A DNA stretch of 63,990 bases, the filler included, from Catajapyx aquilonaris (taxonomy: Eukaryota), in the NCBI GenBank assembly GCA_000934665.2. It is 3 parts of 3 records of this genome, joined end to end, with 100 filler letters (N's around TTAATTAATTAA, not from the genome) between each part and the next. Parts side by side here need not be neighbours in the genome. Positions count along the whole stretch, not along the records: positions 42,813 to 63,990 come from JYFJ02006117.1; 2 more parts are not named here. One strand, given 5' to 3'. A program made the position numbers and the translations under genes. Position 1 is the stretch's first letter. Each line of letters begins with the position of its first letter. Below the pieces are notes generated by a model. That model ran no database searches and was not told the DNA's origin. It saw nothing but the letters and a program-made list of their open reading frames with translations. Below, piece by piece: positions 49,301-62,780 of the stretch.

Positions 49301-52300
49301 AATGACGTCTGGAACGGAATTCCCGGACACGGACTCATCATATGCTGCCTAAAAGGTGGGATGATGCCGGTGGGTTAGCTGATCAGGCGAATTGCTGTAG
49401 CTTATTGTTGTCGCGTTTGCGGCGTGCATTGAGATGATCTAATTTAGCGCTGAAGAATTTTTTTACTATTTTTCCCGCTACCAGGGCTTAATATAAAATC
49501 CTAAATATCGAGAAAAAAAAAGTCAGGTTTAAACGCGTTTTTTAATATAACAAAATTTGCATATAACGAAAGAAAATAGGGGTCCCTTCAATTTCGTTAT
49601 AGGGGGATTCGACTCTAGTAGGAAAACTCCAAGGCCAGCCTCTAAAGTGGCATATGTGCATTCTACCTTTCATAGGCTGTGGCTTGTCAGTAAGAGGACA
49701 ATTGCCCATAATTGTGCAGTTGCTGGGAATTATTTTTGAAAATGAGAATAATGTTGTGGAAATATTTAGGTGGGAAATATCGGCAAGAGTTGGGGGGTCC
49801 CCTTCCTGCTGGAATCAGGTCACAATTAAACTCCTTTTGGTGGGATTTTAAGCCTAATTTTCACCACTTGTTGAAGTCAGAAAATTATAATTTGCTACTA
49901 ATGAGAGGGAAGTACCATTGTAGGCCTAACTTCATAATACACACCACCAACATGTAGCATTTTTTAAAATTCAGCACTTACTGATTGCTTGCATTTAGTG
50001 ACCTGAAAAAGAAATAGAGTCAAATTCAGGACTTTATTGCCTTGGATTCAACTTGGTGTGCAGCAAATTCTAGTTTTGTTTTTTCTGATGTTGTGGATTT
50101 TTTTTTTCTGAAAATTATTGATCTGCAGTTGGTTGTGAACCTGCAAATATGGAGTGCTGACTGTATATCTTACCAGCATCCCAATTATTCACCTGACCAA
50201 TGGGCAAGGTAGGCTTTACCCAGTTCCTTTGAAGAACTTTGTTAACCCAGATATGCCTAGTGTCCCCTATAGGGGACACCTGCACAGTTTTTACATTTAA
50301 ATTTTTTGTGCAGGTTCTTCTGCTGCTAAAGAGCTGGCAGTAGTCACTTGTGCTTCAGTAGAGTCCCAGCTAATGATACATGTTCAAACCTGCTCAATAT
50401 TGCGTCAGATTTTTAAGATTCAGGTGTTTTAATGTTAACTCGGGAAATAATGGCTGCACCGTCATGTTCCGATTGTCATTAGTAATTAATTTAATTTATT
50501 TATTAATATTGATTAGTTATATAAGTTATTTATTGTTGGTAATACTTAGAAAACTTATGAATGATGATGTCGATGAGGAAATACAGGCAAATTTTTTACT
50601 TTCCTTGTCTGAGAGTAGTGTTGAAATCTGGTGTCCCCTAGGGGGAACGCAAGTGACAAATGCACCCACATTTGGACAAGTAAAGTATTGGTCTGGATTT
50701 TGTACGCATTGTTGAACTGTATTTTAATGGATCCATATACAGTAATTGAAACGAGATTACATGGGAATTGGTTAACATGGCAACCGTTGCAACAATCCTT
50801 GATTGTTGTTGATTGTGACTAAATTACAACCCCTTCTTTGCACGGCCTGTGTCCATGGTAATGCAATCAACAAAAATCAATCATTGTGACATTATGAAAC
50901 TATGGAAACTATTGGTATTGCTGAATGTCATTGTTGCCATGGTGATGTAATCAACAACATTATAGCCATATTAGGTTACACTTTCCTAGCATCCCATAAT
51001 TATAGGGAGTGGCTATTTTCATACAAACAATCATTTAGAAAAATGTTTCATCTCAATATTTGTCTTTTTGGAACTAATATGAACTAATAGAAACCAAAAA
51101 AAGAGATCAAAGCTTAACAAAAACTTTTCCTGGCATATCTGGGTTCATGACAGGCAAATAATTCTGAATTCAATATACAGGGTGGTCCAACTTTTTTGTC
51201 CGAACAGCTATTGACAAATTCGGCCTAAGCTGCTTATGTTGTAGTGCGTTACCTGGCAACCCTGTCCGGCGGGCCAATTCAAACATCAGCCCATGGAGAC
51301 TGCTTCCATTGTTGCCACTGTTTACTAATTGAGTGAGTGACGCGGATGACCCAGCGACGGATCTATTCTGCCTGCGCACTCACTCATTCGATTTGTAAAC
51401 AGTGGCAACAATGGAAGCGCTATCCATGGGCTGATGTTTGAATTGGCCCGCTGGACAGGGTTGCCAGGTAACGCACTACAACATAAGCAGCTTAGGCCGA
51501 ATTTGTCAATAGCTGCGTGATAGCTGTTCGGACAAAAAAGTTGGACCACCCTGTATTTAGTGCATTACTTTTAATCTTCTTCCTCCTCTCATTAATATTA
51601 TCTCACTAGCTTGATCGCCAATTTATTTCATTATTTTTGCAGGGGACAAACTGAAGATCTTGATCTGCCTTGTAAACCAGATTCTCACCTACGCTGCAGC
51701 CCGGGATACAATTGATGAGTCGTTTGAAAAAATTAAAGGAGCAAATATGGAACTGCACATTGCAGAGGAGAGAACGTAAGTTGTGATACTGCCTTAGGTG
51801 CAGGATTTATGGCTTAGAATGGATCAATTAAAAGGTCAACAGTATAGACTGACATTTACGTAGCTTAAGGTGGAAATGAAGCTAGAGTCACTTAATGAGA
51901 ATTTTATGAAAAAAAAACATGTTACGCAGTTTTGTGTCCTCTTATCAATGGCGCAAAGAAAAATACACGTCACCGTGCAAATTAGCGAACTGGAGGACTC
52001 AGAAGTTCGCGATTTAACATGGGCCCTTATGGCAGAATTTTCAATAGTCCACAAAAAAATGATAAGCAAATGAGAATTTTAAAATTTAATGTGGAATATG
52101 TCGGGAATTATATACTGATTGTAACCGCAAAAAGAAAAACCTACCTCACCGTGCTCTTTCAATTTGTATTGCTGAAAAACGATCCGAAAATGATCCAGTG
52201 ACGTCACATTGCTCCACTGGAGTGAGGCAGTGGCAACACAGCGCTGTTTACGGTAGCGAGATACGGTTGCATATGACCGCGAAATATGAGTGCAAGTTAC

Positions 52301-55300
52301 TACTAAATTCACGGTGGAAGACCGGATAGGCCCTGCCCACTGAAAAATCACGTTTGGAAATACGTTCGACATTTTTGTAGTATTAGGGAAAGCTTATGGA
52401 GAAATACCATTGGAGTAGAGCTTAACCGTTTTTCCCGGCTTGGCACACTCCTGCTGAGTTGCCAAGAGTGGCAATCGCCTCAAGGGGAAGGATGGATGTG
52501 GGGAGAGGTACAATAGGGTTTATTGGGGTAGAAGAGGTAAATAAAGCAGTCCCCTGCCATAAACCCTCGAACCTTCCACATTTGGCAGCAGAGCTGGCCA
52601 TGACCAGTGGTAGGGGGTGGAGCCTATCCGGTCTTCCACCGTGAATTTAGTAGTAGTATGATGGTTTTTACAATGGCTCACACAGGATTTTCGTTTGGCG
52701 GGGGTGTTTGTCAGACGTCAGAACCGTTATATTAGTTTATATAGTTATAATTATAATATAATAATAGAATGATTCGAATCCACCCGGCAATGACGTCACA
52801 TACTGCTACGCGATAATTGGCCCGGACCTTTGCTGCATTGCCGCTTCTATCTGTCACACGCGTACCAACTGAACGTGTTCCAAATCCGATACAAATGAAG
52901 AGTTACAGGCTCCCCTTTCGGAACTAAACTTTTTAAAATGCCATGACAAATTGGGACCTCGTAATTACGACCGAATAAAATCGATTTCCATCACAAATAA
53001 AAAATATTAAGCACACCTCCAAATACCATGTTTAAGTTGGCAGCCGTGAAAATTGCGCCTGCGCACAAAAACTTGCAGCCGGTAATAGGCCCATATTAAA
53101 TCGAGTTTAAAACGCAGATTCGAATGGAATGCATAGGATTGAACAGCATTTACTGCTGCATCGGTTGCGTATGTTTCCCTGATTTTAGCCCTTCTTGTTA
53201 ACATTCCAATTCTAGACTCTCATTTGATTAGCAAGTCGCTTCATTTCCACCTTAAGGGGAGGGTTCACTCAATTGGACTGTGAGGTTCCAAAAATCAGAG
53301 AAAGAAATCAATGACTCCAAATAGTGGATAGTTCCCAGTCTTTATGGGTGCAAGCATTGCTGCTGTGTCAGCCTCCTTGAATATTGGTGGCATTAATGAC
53401 ATAGGGCAGCATGTACAGTACTGGCCAATAATCGAGGCAACGACTAGCGACATTTTCCCGAAGTGGCAGAAGAAGGAATCAAAGATAAGCATGCTCCAAG
53501 CCGGGCGAGCAAGATTCCTTCTTCTGCCGCTTCGGGAAAATGTCGCTAGTCGTTGCCTCGATTATTGGCCAGTATTGTACAAAGAATGCAAAATTAGGTT
53601 CATTTTGTGAAGGTCAGACTATTGAAATCTGTCCAATGTGCCATCTTCTCAAGATCCATACTGCATATGGCCAGAATAACTGTTAAGGTTACTTATTACT
53701 CAGGGTGGAATGCTTACATACAGAAGTTTGAAGAAAAATTCGAGGCTGACACTATGTGGCCTTAGGACAAGAGGGTTCTATCTGACATTTTCGCGAAAAA
53801 TGAGATTTTTGTACACGATGATGCTTCATGCACATATCTTCCTTCCCTAAAAATTTCAGAGTGTCACAATAAATATTCTGCCCTAAAACAATAGTGCAAT
53901 TTAGTTCTATCTGCTGAAAACACAACTTGTCAGGACAAAAGGGTTCCATCTACAGGCAGATTTATGGGATACATAACTATTACAATGTCCAAATGTCCAA
54001 ATAATAGCCGTTATTGTTATGCAATTTTTTAATGAATTAATTAATTTTTTTGTGTGTGTAATACCCCTTGCCACCCCTTACGGGGTATTCGGGGAGAGCC
54101 ATTGCTCCTATATGCCATCGATTAAAGTCTGATAGAAACTTAGACCATGTTAGAAGCGCCCGGGCTTACGGGCAGGGGGCACTGGGAGAGGATGTGCAAA
54201 GTGCAGTGCATCGACTAATACGGTCATTTTGTGAGCTCCCCTGGGTGGCTTAGTCTGTCGGAAATACCACCCAAAACAGGTGTTTCTTACTAGTCCAGCA
54301 TGCCACCGTCAGCGTATTCCTTGGGCCAAAACAAGTCGAAAATGTAGGGGGGAGAAATGTCGAGGGACCAACCGTTAACCAGGTAGATGACCAGAAACAT
54401 TAGGTGGTGGTTGCCGAAGTTGCAGGATATGAGCGGTGCTAATCACTTCTGTGAAAGAGGTGACCTTGCAAATCCCAACAGTCGCGTTTTTCATGCTGAT
54501 ATCCTGCTCCTTCGGCAACCATTGACCAATGTTTCTGGTCAAGGTCATATTAAAGGTTGCTCCCTCGACATTTCTCCCCCTTACATTTTGGCTCAAGGAA
54601 TACGCTGACGGCAGCTCACTGGACTAGTAACAAACACCCTGTATTATTGTAATAATTAATCAATTATTAGAACACCTTTAATTCTACATTTTTTGCAATC
54701 ATACAGGGCAAAAAGGTTCTATCTGCACCGCTAAAATTACTTAATTGCACATTTTCAGAGCCATAAGGTTCTCTCTGCAAATTGCAATTTTTATAACACA
54801 AACAATTTCAAATATTTTTTTTGTCGAATGGTGTTATAAGTGGCAGGGGCTTACCTTGGTATATATAAAAAATGGCATAAAGATATTACTAATATTTGAC
54901 AAACAAATAAATTGCCAAACATTGATGCTCCTTCCTGAAAAGTTGCCCCCAGTGCAGATAGAACCCTCTCGTCCTAAGGCCACGACTACGCAAACATCTT
55001 TTGAAAGTGATCAATTAAAATATCCATGTTCCACACTTGTTATTGCTATTTGTTAAAATCATAATAGTAGAGTGTGCATTGAGAGTTGTCTGGCAATTTG
55101 GAAGAAAGGTTCTGAAATTTGGCAATTCCAGCTGCTTTTGGCTCTAAAATTGAACCTGCCCAATTTTTCTGTCACTAGAAAGAGGCCTGCAAGGAGAGGT
55201 CACAAACTTATAATAATGCATCTCAAATTTTCCAAATTATGCATTTGGAGGAACATGGTCCATTTGTGTTTTCCATGATTTAAATGTATTTTCAAATGAC

Positions 55301-58300
55301 ATCAAGTTTGACTACACCAAGGTTGTGTCAGATATATAATGTCATGTTTTGTTTCCTTTAAGGAACATGAAAGTCCTTCAGGAGGTTGGAAATTCTAAAC
55401 AGGATGCCAATGGTGATATGGCATCATTGCAAATGCAGGATACTGAAACTGTGTCACAGGGTAACGTGGAAACTCGCCAGTCAACTGAGCTCTACCGCAA
55501 AGAAAAGATTCTGGCTGCGGCAGTAGCCAAGTTCACTGCCAGGACAAATGGTGGCCTTTTAGGGAGGGATAGGGCCTATCGTCGTTACTGGACCTTCCAG
55601 TCAGTCCCAGGAATTTTTGTTGAGCATGATGATGACCTAGTGGGAAGCTGCCTGGCACAGCCCACTCCACAACCTGACCCTGAGGCAACTCCATTGAATG
55701 AGGACTATGTCTCCAAAGTGCTCAGGCTCCTGAAAAAGAGTAAGTTTGCTGTCTTCTTGTATAATGAAATTACTACTTAGGTCTATTGTGGTTTTAGCAT
55801 CACGACTGAACATGTGGGATGGCTAAGAACTGCTGGGTATGCCGCAATAGGTTCATGAGTTTATAAATTGTGAATGCATGAGGAAAGCATCCAAGTTGTG
55901 TTTGAGTTAAATAGGAGGGCATGGTGAGGACACCATTGTATGTGGTGCAGTCAGGAGGGGTGGATATTTGGGGTCTCTTGGGTTTACTCCTGCTAGCAAG
56001 TTGTCCATCATCTTGGCGCTGGGAAGCTAGGCAGAAGAGAGGTAGAGAGCCATGGAGCATGGTAGCAGATGCAGAAATTTGGAGTTTTAAGGTGACCAAC
56101 TGTATCATTAGCAAAATATTGAAAAAGGGAAATAGCATACAGAATTTACGTGTTACTCAAAAAGAAAGAACACGCCAACTACCTCGAGTCCACTGTTGAA
56201 GCCTGCACTCTTGCCCAAGTTTCAGTGCCAGGAATAATTTTAATTGGCAGAGGTTAATGAGATTGCTACTTTTGAGTGGTCCCAATGACCTGATCAACAA
56301 AGGACACAGGCTGAAATTTTTAACTGGCCTCCAAGCAACGCTAGAGTGAGGAAGGAAGATGCAAGCCATGAAACATCTGAACTGGCAAAGATAAAAGGGG
56401 AACATTCCAAACCACTGCTTACATTTACCTTACTGGGCATCCTGCATTAAAATGAGGTCTTAGTGCATGGGAAAGCGACAATTATATGAAAATATTACAG
56501 ACGACAAAAATTATTAGTGGTGAAATTTTTGGGTAGGACATCTGTATTGCATCAGAGCATATGAAGTTAGAAAGCAATCTTATTATGTAGTGGGTAACAT
56601 GTTCATGAGGGCCACACTACCCCATATCCTAATTATGGGCAATTGTTGGAGGTTTTGTGTCACCTGGTATTCTGAGATGGTTTTCTGCTCCTGTGGATGG
56701 GTGGGTGTGTCACACTGTCCTACTCATACACAGTAAGTTGAAATAGTGTGCAAGTTTCATGTATTTTTTCTTCAACACACGGCGTAATCTCGATCTTAAT
56801 TTTACACCTCCCTTCCCCTCGCTTTCCTTGAAGTTTTGCAGAGAACCCCCCACCACCACACCCGCTCTTTCTCCCAGAGGCTAGAGGGGGAGAAAAGAAA
56901 AACAGGAAAGAAAGTAAGGGGTGCACTGGGGAAGTTCACCTTCACATCTTCTGATCAACTTTAGTTGTAGGAATTTATGCAACATTTGCACTGATATAGC
57001 TGATAATACGTGCGGATGTTGTGTTGCATGTAATATTGGAATACTTGAACATGTAGCCTTATCTCCTTCCAGGTTCACGTTGTAGCAGTTCTATTGATGG
57101 TGGAAATGACAGAGAAAATGAAGTAGGGCTGGCCCTTCGAAATGTAGAACTGGGCCTTGAGGATATTCCATCCAGCAACTGCAAGAAGAACTTGCTTGGT
57201 GTGAAGGACAATCTTATCCTTTCCGAAGCTGGTCCTAGCAGGAACAGCACCTCCAGTAATCAGGCGAGTTCCATGGCTTTGGAAGAATCTAAGACACCTG
57301 CTCCTGCAGAGAGTCCCTTGATTGGCTGCCCCCCTGTGTTTGGCATGTGCACAGGTGATAACAGGAACTGTCCTGTGCACACCGCGGATTTACCCAAAGA
57401 CAAGTGGTCTTTCTACTACGAGGAGTCAGCCTTGGATGCCCTTATGGAGGCCTTGAACCACAGGGGTGTTCGAGAGAATGAATTGAAGAAAACCCTGAAA
57501 CTGGAGAGGAACCGAATTGCTGAGGGATTTGCCTTATGCCCCCTTCATAAACTCGACCAGACCAAGGTACAACACATGAGAGTTATTTTTCTAGGTTTAA
57601 GCGTTCTGAAGATACTAGAGCATGCAATAACTGCAATTGAAAACCTGTAGAATTCAAATAAGCTTCAACACAATGTGTTGCTACGTAAATGCTACATAAA
57701 TATGGAACTTGATTTATGTTGATGAAATGAAACTTTCAAATTGCTTCCCTGTAAAGTTGACTTTTTTGACTTGTGCCCCTCTTCTTGCCAGGGTGCGATT
57801 TGAGTGATAGAATTGATACTGTCCATCAGTATAATTTTAATTAATTAATTAATCAAATTTTTTTTTAATTGTGGGTAATGCTTTCACCCCCAAACGGGGG
57901 TATATCGCATGAACCTTTATTTATTTATTTTTTCAATTTTCTCAACTTCGGTGCAAGGAATCAAGGAAATTGGGTAAGGATAGGGATTTTCGGGGAGGGG
58001 ACACGAGTGCAAGTGCAATGTCGTTAAACGGTCATGTGCAGTCCCCCAGGAGGCTAGGTTGCCAGACACCTCCTTGGTGCGGGTCAGAGACCCTCCTGAC
58101 GCAGGTGAAAGGAAAGTTCCCCAGGCGGGGATCGAACCTGGGGCCTTTCACACAGCAAGCCGAGACGTTACCATCTCGGCCTCCACACCTCCCCACTCCA
58201 TCAGTATAAAAGCCATCAAGCTCATGCAGCTCAGTATTGTTTAATTTTTCAATCCCAGACTGTACACCCTAACAATACATCTCCATCCGTATTCCCAAAG

Positions 58301-60794
58301 AATGTTCCTGAGGCACACAAGTCAGCTCATCACTCAAAAGAGTATTCCAAAGTGTTTAAGAAGCAGCCTCCTGGAATGCGTATAGATCTTTACCTGGAGC
58401 ACCTTCTGAGGGAGAACATCCTGGACATAGAGGCAAAGATTCATTGTGGTGCGCTTGGGAGCCTGAAGGTGAAGGATCGAAATGCTTGGAGAGATGAGCT
58501 GGATCGCTTTTCTAAGGAAAAACTACTCCTTTCTTTGGAGAAACTGGAGGTCTCCCAGAGTCACACTGCAACACAAGCTCCAAGCCAGGTCAATGGCATG
58601 GATCCCATTTCTATCTTCTCAGCCACAATTTCGGCATCAGGTAGAAAGGGTGACATTGGGCTGGAAAGGAAGGAAAAGGAGGAGCAGGATGGCAACAAGG
58701 CTGCCATCAAGGATGTGGCTAGTGCTATTCTCACATTGGCTCGTGCAGTGGACTCCCAGAACCTAATCAAACCACTTGGTGAGTTACTCCACAGTATAAA
58801 TTATGAGAGAAGCTAAGAGAGTTAGTGCATAAGAACTGTACTTCATTTTTGCCCCCCTCACTGCAGAGGAATGAAGGTGCACATGGGAGATTATTCCTGT
58901 TACTTCTGCTTAGCTTATACTTGTCCAGTACACTCTCTCACAAGGGAAGGCCGCGACATGGCACTAATGGATTTGGACAAAAATCCCTCAATGGGTAAAT
59001 CGCATGTGTAGAATTCAGCGGTGAGCGTAAACGATGCATTACGCAGCCATTTGCAAGATGTGAGCGGCAACAGATCCTGCATAATCAGTAGCGCCTCCAC
59101 CTCCAAATCCAAAGGTCCCTCGCAGTAGTCGCTTGTTGCAGGACCAAGTGATGTCTCACGGAGGGACTGAGAATCACAAACCGTCAACTACATGGAGAGT
59201 AAAACTGAGATATTTGAGGAAAATATGGCATTTTATTACAATAACAATTATTGATGTTAACTTTGAGAAGTGGAACTGTAGGCGCTGAAGCTATTGATAT
59301 ATGAATATATTTAAAATGTATTTGTATATTTGTTCGTCAACAATTGCATATAGTTTGTTGCTGTTGGCGGATTTTGATTCTGACAACGTATTTGGCGCTT
59401 TTTGATGAGAAAAGGCAATGGTGGACGCAATTATTGCATGATTTATTCACTCATTTCGCACGAAGTAGTTGGCAGTTTTTGACGCAGACACAGCAGCCAC
59501 TGCAGTTGGCAGCTTTTCTTTCACTTCTCTCGAAAATTTGTTCCGTAGTTGTTGGGTTTTGATCCTCAGCATCTTTTCTCCCCTTGATTACCTTGAGAAG
59601 GAGTGCTAGTTTTGATACGACATTCAAAGGTAATGTGCAGGGCATCCCTAAGAACCATATATAGTGCCTCTCATTTTTCAAGAAAATGTCGGTTTGCAGT
59701 TTTTGATCCTCAGCCCTTCCTTGTCCCCCTCCCCCACTCTATTTTTGGCTTCACATACTGAAATTCAGTTGTGGTTCAGTCTAACAACTGGAATATTATA
59801 TCAACACAAGAGATGGGCAATGTACTTGATTCTGCCTCGTTTTTGGATGATGTGTTTTTCTCGCTGAGGACTGCATTAAACATTGATTACTTTAATATTT
59901 GAAGGCTTGTACCTTCCCCTGTACATGAGAAATAATTCTCACTTCACGGCGAGAAAAACACATGATCCAAAAAAAGAGGCAGAATCCAGTATATTGCCCA
60001 TCTTTTGTGTTGATATTACTCCAGTAATTAGACTAAACCACAACAGAATTTCAATATGTGCAGTCAAAAATAAAATAGGGTGGGGGAGGGGGACAAGTGA
60101 GACAACACTAGGTCCTGTAACAAGCGACTTCTGTGAGGGATTTTTGGATTTGGAGGCGGAGGCACTATTGAGTGTGCGGGATCTGTCACCGCTCATATCT
60201 CGTAAAGGGCTGCGTAATACATCTTTTTTTTGCTCACCCTTGAATTCTACTCATGTGATTTACCCACTGAGAGATTTTTGTCCAAATCCGTTAGTGCCTC
60301 GTCCCAGCCTTACCTTGTCAGTGGAGTACAACCTTGATGTGGGAGAGTCCAAAAAATTTATACGGATGTGAGTTGAAATCTGATTGTCAGTATTTACCAC
60401 TTATTTTTTAATACATATCTGAGTTTTATTATCTAGTAATGTGTGAAAAATGTGGAAAAGTCAGTTTGGCAGAGTTTGGGCACAACATTCTTGTTTTTCA
60501 CCTTCATTAGTTCAGATATCCCCAGGTACTTGTAACAATTAAAGGGTGGGCATAAGGAGCATAAGGACGCAACAAAAAAGATGATGGTGTAGCTAAATAT
60601 TTCCATTGGAAAGCAATGGATTTTTTGTGTTGCATTTTTTAGTAGCATTTGATGAAATACAGTAGAACCCCGATCATCCGACTCCTCGGTTTATCTGACT
60701 GTCCCACTCCGGCAATAAATCTGTTTTCTCATGACCTACTGTAATGTCCTAAGCATTTGTTTGTTTTGCCTGAGTTGAATTATAAATACAGTAC

Positions 60795-60850
<56 letters not shown>

Positions 60851-62780
60851 CAGCAGTAGTAGCAGCAGCAGCTTTATTTCCAATAATGTAAATACAGTAC
60901 AGTAGAGTGTGTGTAAAAGAATAATCACTATTTCGTAGAAAACCATAATATTGTGCGTTATTTCTGGTTTTTGTTTTTTGTTGTTTTATTAAAGTGTTTA
61001 TACTCCTCAGATTGTATCTGACCTTTTCAGTTACCCGACGATGCCCCAGTCCCACGGGTGATGGATAATAATATTGGGGTCCTTTCTCAGTACAAAGAAG
61101 GTTAAAAATAAGCTAACCAAAATTTGCCTACATCAGGATTTTAAGATTCTCCTGCTGAGAAAAACTGCTCCATATAACATGCTGTTCATAAATGAAGACC
61201 TTGGGGGAAGAACGATCATGCAAAATAATATGCTTTTGCCACTGCTGCCAATGTTGCAGATAGCAATTAAGGTGCGTTTATATGTGAGCGATTTGACGAA
61301 CTAATTGGAGCGAAATCTTGCCTGAGGCTGAAATTAACAGTCGATATTCGCCTCAAACAATATTGGTTACTTGGCTTACTCAACCTCAGTGAAGATTTCG
61401 CTCGTCAAATCACTCACATGTATATGCAGCTTTACTGATGAGTGTGGGGATAGTGATATGGTAGTCTTGAAAGCCAGGGAAAAACTTATGGAATTTGTCC
61501 ATGTTAGCTTTTTAAAAGTCATAATATAATGAAAAAGAGTGAGTGGAATTTTTGTCGTACTACTAGTTACTTCTAACTTAGCAGTACCAGTGTAGTGCAA
61601 TGGTACTGCTTAGTTAGCAGTAACTAGTAGTACAACGAAAATTCCACCCAGTGACTTTACATGCATTTATCTGTACAAAGTAATTTGATTGCCTAATTGA
61701 GGGTGGGCCTCTTTTGGACCAAAAAATGGCAATCATCATGATTTTTCCTAATCTCATAGTAATTATCGCATGGCTTACACCTGCACATTTTCCCCCCACC
61801 CCCCATTGGCCGAGGGGGCAGCTCTTCCAGCTGCGGGCGGAGACATTACATATGGGCAAAATGGCATGGATTGAATAAACCCACGTTAGAGGGAGTTCCC
61901 ATATTTTGGACCCCAAAAGTTTGAGTTACATGAGTTTTACTGTATCTGTTGGCTTTTGTGTATGCTTGCCAACTCCACTGAAAACCCACCAGCAGGATTG
62001 GTGTGGAGCTGGATCTAATTTGATAATATGTAGAACAGATTATATGATGTGATCGTCATAATAATGAACACAATCATAGTGACTTGACTAAACGATGATG
62101 GTATACACTCATCACTACCACTAAAGGAGGATGCACTAGGGAAATAATTGGGAATAATCATTGTTTGTGAAAGGATGGACAACTCAAGTGTGCTTGTTTT
62201 CTCCTTCTAAAGCTGATGAACAAAAGGGTAGAAAGGGAAGAAGGAAAGGAAAAAAGAGACAGAAAGTAGAGGTGAAGAAGCATAAGGAAGATGAAGTAAT
62301 AGATGATGAGGGTTCCAAGGATGAAGAAACTGCTAAGGGTGTGAAAGAGCAGCCAACCCACCAAGGCCCCCTTGAGCGCTGGCAAATGTCACTTATGTCA
62401 TGCACAAGCTGGCCTCAACTACTCTTGCACCTAAGAACCTTGGAGAGTAGCATCGTGTGGTCCAACGCCATCATTAGTATAGAATGTTGCATGTGTACGG
62501 GCAAAGGGTTTCAAGACATTATGCTGTTATGTGACGGATGCAACTTAGGATACCACACCCTCTGTCTTGATCCACCGGTCTACTTAAAAACGGTACAATT
62601 TGATTCGGTTTAATTGGTAACATTTTGTTCTACTTCATTGTTATCTACACAGGATATCCCAGATGGTGATTGGTTCTGCCACGTTTGCCGTCCAAAAACA
62701 AATGAAAGATTACCATCCAAGTCGAAATCCAAGTCCAAGAAGGTGTTTCCAGGACATTCCAATGATGACTTGAGCAGCAG
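46349..62780 (+). CDS. BAZ1A: ACF1/BAZ1A-like ISWI chromatin-remodelling subunit, internal exons (partial at both ends)
   Basis: Phase-compatible exons: 46349-46625 (DDT: LFGDFMMVLEFMHCFSE), 47699-48016 (TLTEVLRLHLLSSG..RGGYTSTDDPG), 51643-51775 (WHIM1: DKLKILICLVNQILTY), 55363-55739 (LGRDRAYRRYW), 57073-57566 (ALNHRGVRENELK), 58259-58778 (LRENILDIEAKI..GALG), 62213-62592 and 62653-62780 (LESSIVW; PHD C..C..MLLCDGCNLGYHTLCLDP..DGDWFCHVC). WAC and bromodomain exons were not found in the window. Confidence 0.88.
46929..47590. repeat. Two tandem ~330-bp units with (CA)n anchor, (CCTAA)n tract and TGTGGGGAC/GTCCCCAC inverted motifs
   Basis: tgtggggacatggctaacacaacttttgaaacctagtttatcctaacat occurs at about 46963 and 47301, each followed by degenerate CCTAA repeats. 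Confidence 0.75.
48282..48743. mobile_element. MITE with ~30-bp TIR
   Basis: CTTTTGACGTGAATACGTCTTTAAAATCGG and its reverse complement. Confidence 0.75.
48865..49615. mobile_element. Tc1/pogo-type MITE
   Basis: TA|CAGTCGAATCCC..TAACGAA ... TTCGTTATAGGGGGATTCGACTC|TA. Confidence 0.7.
50246..51143. mobile_element. piggyBac-type non-autonomous element
   Basis: TTAA|CCCAGATATGCC ... GGCATATCTGGG|TTCA. Confidence 0.6.
51178..51553. mobile_element. Palindromic MITE with the family-P core but different termini
   Basis: TA|CAGGGTGGTCCAAC...GTTGGACCACCCTG|TA surrounds the same GTTACCTGGCAACCCTGTCC...CAGCCCATGGA core. Confidence 0.85.
52298..52655. mobile_element. MITE with 33-bp TIR
   Basis: TACTACTAAATTCACGGTGGAAGACCGGATAGG and its exact reverse complement. 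Confidence 0.75.
53416..53577. mobile_element. Short hairpin MITE (TA flanks)
   Basis: About 48-bp near-perfect TIR CAGTACTGGCCAATAATCGAGGCAACGACTAGCGACATTTTCCCGAAG. Confidence 0.8.
53756..54983. mobile_element. TIR element containing a nested palindromic MITE (about 54277-54641)
   Basis: Outer TIR GTGGCCTTAGGAC.AGAGGGTTCTATCTG; inner CAGGTGTTT.TTACTAGTCCAG...CTGGACTAGTAACAAACACCCTG. Confidence 0.7.
57850..58195 (-). mobile_element. tRNA-derived SINE
   Basis: Minus-strand head GAGGCCGAGATGG...GGTTCGATCCCC, with T-rich tail on the + strand. Confidence 0.6.
58930..60327. mobile_element. Foldback-like element with ~230-bp imperfect terminal inverted repeats and an inner inverted repeat
   Basis: 58960-59165 is the reverse complement of about 60095-60298, and 59715-59865 of about 59948-60090. 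Confidence 0.7.
60795..60871. repeat. (TAG)n/(CAG)n microsatellite
   Basis: Direct reading of the sequence. Confidence 0.95.
61270..61432. mobile_element. PIF/Harbinger-type hairpin MITE
   Basis: AGGTGCGTTTATATGTGAGCGATTTGACGA ... TCGTCAAATCACTCACATGTATATGCAGCT with TTA-like flanks. Confidence 0.55.

Noticed and set aside
60749..61055. Poly-Leu and poly-Thr ORFs
   Set aside because: Translations of an intronic (TAG)n microsatellite.
1121..62780. Functional clustering of the poly-Brinker genes with the ACF1-like remodeller
   Set aside because: They lie on different contigs joined artificially.
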